DNA of 58,859 nucleotides from a virus (Duplodnaviria; Caudoviricetes): IMG/VR virus record IMGVR_UViG_3300034073_004285, positions 1 to 58,859 of that record; one strand, 5' to 3'. Shown piece by piece: positions 54,638 to 58,859 of this stretch (position 1 is its first letter; each line of letters starts with the position of its first letter). The notes under the pieces were generated by a model. It saw only the letters and a program-made list of their open reading frames with translations, ran no database searches and was not told where the DNA came from. The position numbers and the translations under genes were made by a program.

Positions 54638-54667
54638 TGGCAACCTCAAAACAACACCAAAACTATT

Positions 54668-55207
54668 TTAAGCTTCCTCACTTTCAAGCTCCGTAATTTC
54701 CCTAGAATTAGCAAATTCCACCGCCAACTCTTGCAGACATTCATCGATCGCCTGAGTCAAAATAGCGGCGATCGTCTTGGGTTCAGAGATGCCAGCTAGT
54801 TGCAGTGCCATTCTGGAAGGCAATGCCAAAAATCTTGCTCTAGTGGTTAACAAAGCCGTTTGAAATTGTTCCAGTGCCTCGGAAAAGTTGATCACCTCTC
54901 CCCTTAATTTTTGCAGTTCCAGTTCCTTCAACCCTGCCACCGCTTCTTCAGTTCTGCACTTGGCCAGCAAAAGCCTTTGGTTGGGGTTTTCTGTCTCCTG
55001 TTCTTCTTTTTGCAATTTTAGGCGATCGATTAACTTCTGCTTTCTGGCAATATCCCGCTGAAAAATAATCACCAAATCCACCAACCCATCGGGGTTCTGC
55101 TCAATATTTTTCTGATCAATCCACTCCTTGATAGTGCGACGACTTACACCAGTCACCCGCACCGCTTCTGCCTGTGTCTCCCAGAGTGTTACCTGTTTTT
55201 GTACCAT
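54668..55207 (-). CDS. terS: Terminase small subunit (Nu1-like)
   Basis: N-terminal HTH, ELELQKLRGEVI, RARFLALPSRMA. Confidence 0.82.
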   Translation of the reverse strand: MVQKQVTLWETQAEAVRVTGVSRRTIKEWIDQKNIEQNPDGLVDLVIIFQRDIARKQKLIDRLKLQKEEQETENPNQRLLLAKCRTEEAVAGLKELELQKLRGEVINFSEALEQFQTALLTTRARFLALPSRMALQLAGISEPKTIAAILTQAIDECLQELAVEFANSREITELESEEA

Positions 55208-55268
55208 GTTTTCCCGTTGTTCTCGTGGTGGTGCATAGCTTTGTATTGCCTTATACCTAGAAATACCG

Positions 55269-55310
55269 TGCGCCACTGCGAACCGCATTGAAAAGTACTA
55301 GGAAGAACCT
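55269..55310 (-). other. Candidate cos site (cosQ-like AGGTTCTTCC plus cosN-like TGCG-N11-CGCA)
   Basis: Intergenic, just upstream of terS; resembles lambda cosQ (GGGTCCT) followed by a partly symmetric cosN. Confidence 0.4.
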
Positions 55311-55318
55311 ACTATATT

Positions 55319-55606
55319 TTATCGGGTGCGATATGCACCTTGGCGGCGTAGGACAGCCGAAATACTGCCCTGACTAACACCCCAGTCCCTTGCTAGTTCT
55401 CGGCAGGTTAACCCCGCCTGATGGTGGGAACGAATTAATAAACATTGGGACGGGGTAAACGTTTTTTCACGGTGGAGCTTATTAGAAATCCACCGCTCTG
55501 TTCTAACAGAACGGGGTGAGGGGGGATTGTAACCGGCGGCGATCTGGCTGTACCGCCGTGCTACCGCTGGCCCGTATGTCTGTAGAAGATAAGCCTGATA
55601 GTCCAC
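55319..55606 (-). CDS. HTH protein, candidate late regulator
   Basis: GLTCRELARDWGVSQGSISAVL; last early gene before terS. Confidence 0.6.
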   Translation of the reverse strand: MDYQAYLLQTYGPAVARRYSQIAAGYNPPSPRSVRTERWISNKLHREKTFTPSQCLLIRSHHQAGLTCRELARDWGVSQGSISAVLRRQGAYRTR

Positions 55607-55630
55607 AATTCCCCCCAGAACGCAACAGTT

Positions 55631-56371
55631 TTATCCTACTACCTCAGCAACGGGAATGGCTGACTTGAGGCGTTGCAACAAGTCCAACTTGTCTTTGGCG
55701 ATCTTGCAGATTTCAGTGGCATCATTTGGGTCAATGCCCTGTTGCAGTGCCCATTCATAGCCATCGATCCGCCACTGATCAGGATCTTGCAATGGTTCTG
55801 TTTCAACAATAGGCTCAGTGGTGGATGCTTCGGGAAGAAGGCTGTTGCACTGAGGGAATGCTTTTCGCAGTGCTTGACTCTCAGCGCATTTTGCCAACAT
55901 AGTTAAAGGCATGTTCTGCCATAACCCAGACGGTTTCCCTTCATAAGTTTGAACGAATTCGGAGTATTTTGCGATACCTACAAATGGGCATCGTTGTCCC
56001 CCTATCATTTTCCAAACAGTAACCTTGCAGATGGAAGGCAGTGTCCGCCCTGTCTGTTCAAAACTAAAGCAGTCAAGCCCTTCGTCAAATAGCGGTTCGT
56101 CACTTCCAGCGTATTGTCCCGTTCGGTCTGCAATAGCTCGTAGTCCGTCCACTGATATTTGGAACGTCCACTTATAAGCCTTGTTTGCCTTGTCATAGCG
56201 TTGGATTGCATAGACTTGTTTAGCAAATGGATCTAGTCCAGCCCTTTGGCAAATCATTCCAAACAAAGCCAACTCGTTGTCAGATGGTGGCGTTTTGCCA
56301 GCCATGATAGTGGACTTGATCAATGCGATTTGCTCTTGGTTAAAGCCTTGTTTAACAATTGCAGTACTCAT
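55631..56371 (-). CDS. bet: Red-beta/RecT-family single-strand annealing protein
   Basis: GLDPFAKQVY, QISVDGLRAIADRTGQYAG, MLAKCAESQALRKAFP. Confidence 0.92.
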   Translation of the reverse strand: MSTAIVKQGFNQEQIALIKSTIMAGKTPPSDNELALFGMICQRAGLDPFAKQVYAIQRYDKANKAYKWTFQISVDGLRAIADRTGQYAGSDEPLFDEGLDCFSFEQTGRTLPSICKVTVWKMIGGQRCPFVGIAKYSEFVQTYEGKPSGLWQNMPLTMLAKCAESQALRKAFPQCNSLLPEASTTEPIVETEPLQDPDQWRIDGYEWALQQGIDPNDATEICKIAKDKLDLLQRLKSAIPVAEVVG

Positions 56372-56373
56372 AA

Positions 56374-56742
56374 TTAAATAATCTCAGTAGTGGTTAATCG
56401 TCGGTAATAGTTGTTAGCCCGTACAAAGGCCCACGCAAGGCGATCATTCTCTTCAGACTCAACTTCTAGGTAAAGCCCATAGCGGACTGCCAGAGGTTTG
56501 AGCCCTCGGTGCTGACGTTGGTGGTTTATCAATGCAATGGCGGCATAACGGTTTCTGCCGTCAAGTATCTTTCCTGCATAGAGCTGAATGGGAACTAATT
56601 GCCCCGTGCGCTCTATGTCCTGAGCCAGCTTTGCCAGTTGATCGTCGGGTAGGCGATCAAACAAGTTGGCGTAGGGGTGAGGCAGAAACTCAGGCTCGGT
56701 TATGCCTGGATAGTGCGGGGGATTGGCCTTGGGGTTCTCCAC
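56374..56742 (-). CDS. Stand-alone ParB/Srx-like domain protein
   Basis: HPYANLF...LAQDIERTGQLVPI...ILDGRNRY. Confidence 0.7.
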   Translation of the reverse strand: MENPKANPPHYPGITEPEFLPHPYANLFDRLPDDQLAKLAQDIERTGQLVPIQLYAGKILDGRNRYAAIALINHQRQHRGLKPLAVRYGLYLEVESEENDRLAWAFVRANNYYRRLTTTEII

Positions 56743-56962
56743 GGATTTCCTCCAGTAAATCGTGAAAGGTTAAGAATTCTTTGTCGGTTTCGAGTTGGAT
56801 TAATAGCACTGGGTCGGTGTCTATTCCCCAAGCGCATTCCTGCCCCCGAAGCCAAAAATATAGGTAGCCACCAGACACAACAGGATCGCCTTTGGCTATA
56901 TTTTCCCACGCACACTCTCCTAGTTGCGTAATAACTAGGTCTTTAATCGTCGTCGTAATCAT
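56690..56962 (-). CDS. Hypothetical protein
   Basis: GGAGG RBS; overlaps the end of dnaB. Confidence 0.5.
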   Translation of the reverse strand: MITTTIKDLVITQLGECAWENIAKGDPVVSGGYLYFWLRGQECAWGIDTDPVLLIQLETDKEFLTFHDLLEEIRGEPQGQSPALSRHNRA

Positions 56963-58268
56963 TACTGCCTCCGTAACTCACAAAATTGGTAATTGTCCCC
57001 ACACTGGGGTCGAAATTTGCCTTGGCTGTAACGCCACTTACCCCGTGCCTGTTTTTGGCAAGGATAAGTTCAAGAATCCCTTGGTCGGGAGTGTTGGGGT
57101 TGTAATATTCGTCCCTATAAAGCATCACGATCACGTCGGCATCCTGTTCAATAGCCCCAGAGCTTCTGATGTCGGACATAACAGGTCGCTTGTCGTTACG
57201 TCCCTCCACACCACGGGAAAGCTGGGAGAGTGCAATCACAGGACAGTCAAACGTTTTAGCTAAGCTCTTCAATGCCGAGCTGTAACGCCCCAGTTCCCCC
57301 ACTCGGTTGCCTGAACCCTGATCGCCAATGAGTTGGAGATAGTCCACAACGATCGCCCCCATTTTTTGGTGCTGACGGTAAATTTTGTGACACTCGGACT
57401 GCAAATAAGGCACGGTGACAAGATCGCCGGGGGTGTCGTCAATAAAAATCGGCAGGGAGCTTAAAGCGGCGGCACCATCGGCTAATTGGCCAATGTATTG
57501 GGGGTTGATGGAGTTGGTGTTCAGCCAGCTCTGGGGAAGATTCGCTTCTGTGGCCCAATAGCGGCGGGTTATTGAGTCGGCAGACATTTCTAGGCTAAAA
57601 ACAGCCACCGGCCCTTGGTTGGCAAGGATTCTGGAAGCGAACTGAGCAACAAAGGTTTTGCCCATGGCTGGCCTACCAGCCACTACAACCAATTCCCCAC
57701 CTCTTAAGCCACCGTCTAGGCACTGGTCAAAATAATTTAAGCCGGTGGGAATAGCAGAATTTTTGCCTTCCTCAAGTTGCTTCCAGATTTCTGGCATAAA
57801 TTCGGAAATATGCCTTAACCCTCTAGCAGTGGTTTTATCGGCGATCGCCGTTGTCAACTCAGCCTCAGCTTTATTTCTAAGCTCCTCCCATTCAACGGAG
57901 GTATCAAAGGCATCGGTCAAAAGAGTTTGGCAGGCGGCGATTAGCTTGCGCCGTTGGTATTTTTCGTGAACGATCGCCGCATAGCGATCCACATTGACAG
58001 CCGAAACGGTGGAATCTGCCATGTTTAGCAGAACACCAACCCCACCGATTTGCTCAAGGTCATTTCCCAAGCCTTCGGAAACAGTCAGGAAATCCACTGG
58101 CTGATTGCGATCAACCAAACCGAGGATCACCTTCCAGATTTTTTGGTGTGCTGGGGCGTAAAATTCTTCCGGCCGGAGCTTTATTTTGGCGATCGCCGCT
58201 GGTGCGACTAAAACACCGCCTAAAATCGCCTGCTCTGCCTCTAAATTGTGCGGAGGGATATTAGCCAT
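56943..58268 (-). CDS. dnaB: Replicative DNA helicase
   Basis: PPHNLEAEQAILG, AGRPAMGKT, VVDYLQL, LSQLSR, SGAIEQDAD, AKNRHG. Confidence 0.96.
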   Translation of the reverse strand: MANIPPHNLEAEQAILGGVLVAPAAIAKIKLRPEEFYAPAHQKIWKVILGLVDRNQPVDFLTVSEGLGNDLEQIGGVGVLLNMADSTVSAVNVDRYAAIVHEKYQRRKLIAACQTLLTDAFDTSVEWEELRNKAEAELTTAIADKTTARGLRHISEFMPEIWKQLEEGKNSAIPTGLNYFDQCLDGGLRGGELVVVAGRPAMGKTFVAQFASRILANQGPVAVFSLEMSADSITRRYWATEANLPQSWLNTNSINPQYIGQLADGAAALSSLPIFIDDTPGDLVTVPYLQSECHKIYRQHQKMGAIVVDYLQLIGDQGSGNRVGELGRYSSALKSLAKTFDCPVIALSQLSRGVEGRNDKRPVMSDIRSSGAIEQDADVIVMLYRDEYYNPNTPDQGILELILAKNRHGVSGVTAKANFDPSVGTITNFVSYGGSNDYDDD

Positions 58269-58732
58269 GTCTCGCCCTCCTTATCGCCTCTGCTGAGGCA
58301 ATTCTGTCGGGGATTTCGACTAGTTGGGGTTGGCGGGGTGCGACTTTTTTCGCAACCGGCGGCGCAGAAAGATTTTTTCGGAAATGCTTGGCAAACTGAA
58401 CCCAGTGCTTGTTAGCAAGTTCTGTTCCTGGATTTTGGAACAAACTTGACAAAACTTTGCCAACGTAAGCCTCGGGATCTTTCTTGTCGGCATGAACAGC
58501 AAGCATGAACTGATCAAAAGCTTCCCAAACCACTTTCGGATCTTGATCCAGTTCTTGAGCTAATTCTCCCCAAGGACTATCAACGAGGAAGTTCTTGGTT
58601 GCTGGTTGTTTTGTTTGCTTGGCTACTTCTCTTGCAATTTGTTTTGCTTGGCCAAGAAAAAATGGATCTTCTATACCAGCATCAGCACCAGCCTCTGATC
58701 CTGTTGTTGTGATCTTAGAAGTAGTCTCTATA
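58261..58732 (-). CDS. Replication initiator, C-terminal part (joined to 524..1)
   Basis: Open frame continuous with the ORF starting at 524; stop overlaps the dnaB start. Confidence 0.75.
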
Positions 58733-58859
58733 TATAGTTGGGCGGCGTTTTTCTGCTCACCGTCATCGGTTTCTTTATCACCGTCATCGGATAACTGCTT
58801 ACCGTAAGCGGTTTCCGTCTTTGGTTGGGTTGTACCGTTTAACTGGTCTAGAGCGACTT
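58733..58859. repeat. 127-bp terminal overlap (copy 2)
   Basis: Identical to 1-127. Confidence 0.95.

Larger units (their letters stand above)
1..58859. mobile_element. Complete circular genome of a temperate lambda-like siphovirus, probably cyanobacterial (excised or virion form)
   Basis: Full set of lysogeny, replication, packaging, head, tail and lysis genes; exact terminal overlap; single unsplit att site beside the integrase; no host chromosome flanks; abundant GCGATCGC (HIP1). Confidence 0.93.

Noticed and set aside
55238-55257. Late motif upstream of terS (GTATAAGGC...)
   Set aside because: It matches only the first six bases and lacks the downstream spacing seen in the other copies.
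55631-56371. Complete Red recombination system
   Set aside because: No lambda Exo or RecE partner was recognised next to bet; the PD-(D/E)XK ORF at 4340-4807 is distant and unproven.
56943-58268. Intein in DnaB
   Set aside because: 441 aa with contiguous helicase motifs; no insertion.
58733-58859. Biological terminal direct repeat
   Set aside because: It is exactly 127 bp (a common assembler k-mer), falls inside a coding frame, and the terminase is cos-type; best read as an assembly overlap.

Overview
The window is an apparently complete, circularised genome of about 58,732 bp from a temperate, lambda-like siphovirus. Bases 1-127 repeat exactly at 58733-58859, and the replication-initiator ORF reads in frame across that join. 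Very dense HIP1 octamers (GCGATCGC, usually GGCGATCGCC), a cyanobacterial-type DnaN and the integrase point to a cyanobacterial host. Modules: lysogeny switch (cro/repressor with palindromic operators, tyrosine integrase, attP carrying the 3' part of tRNA-Thr(UGU)); early and replication genes (ParB-methyltransferase fusion, C5 methyltransferase, thyX, initiator with iterons, dnaB, bet); packaging and head genes (terS, gpA-type terL, gpW, lambda-type portal, protease-capsid fusion); lysis genes; and a GTA-like tail (tube, frameshifted chaperone, tape measure, DUF2163, DUF2460, tip protein). These are interleaved with dcd, phoH, nrdB, dnaN and rusA. Main observations: (1) a ~4100-aa tape measure protein in which repeated 'L-x-I/M-x-SPS' linkers separate enzyme cargoes (two ADP-ribosyltransferase-like, two HEYTH zincins) and which also carries a lipase-like domain, an M23 peptidase and an RlpA-like domain; (2) accessory gene islands sharing an AACCAACCAC leader, one being a hairpin-delimited cassette array whose last gene gains a zinc ribbon through a GGGAAAG -1 frameshift; (3) a GTATAAAT-type motif before nearly every structural unit, including one inside the protease-capsid gene; (4) a dual-frame C5 methyltransferase with an amber codon in motif IX. 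All protein calls come from reading motifs by eye; no database search was run.
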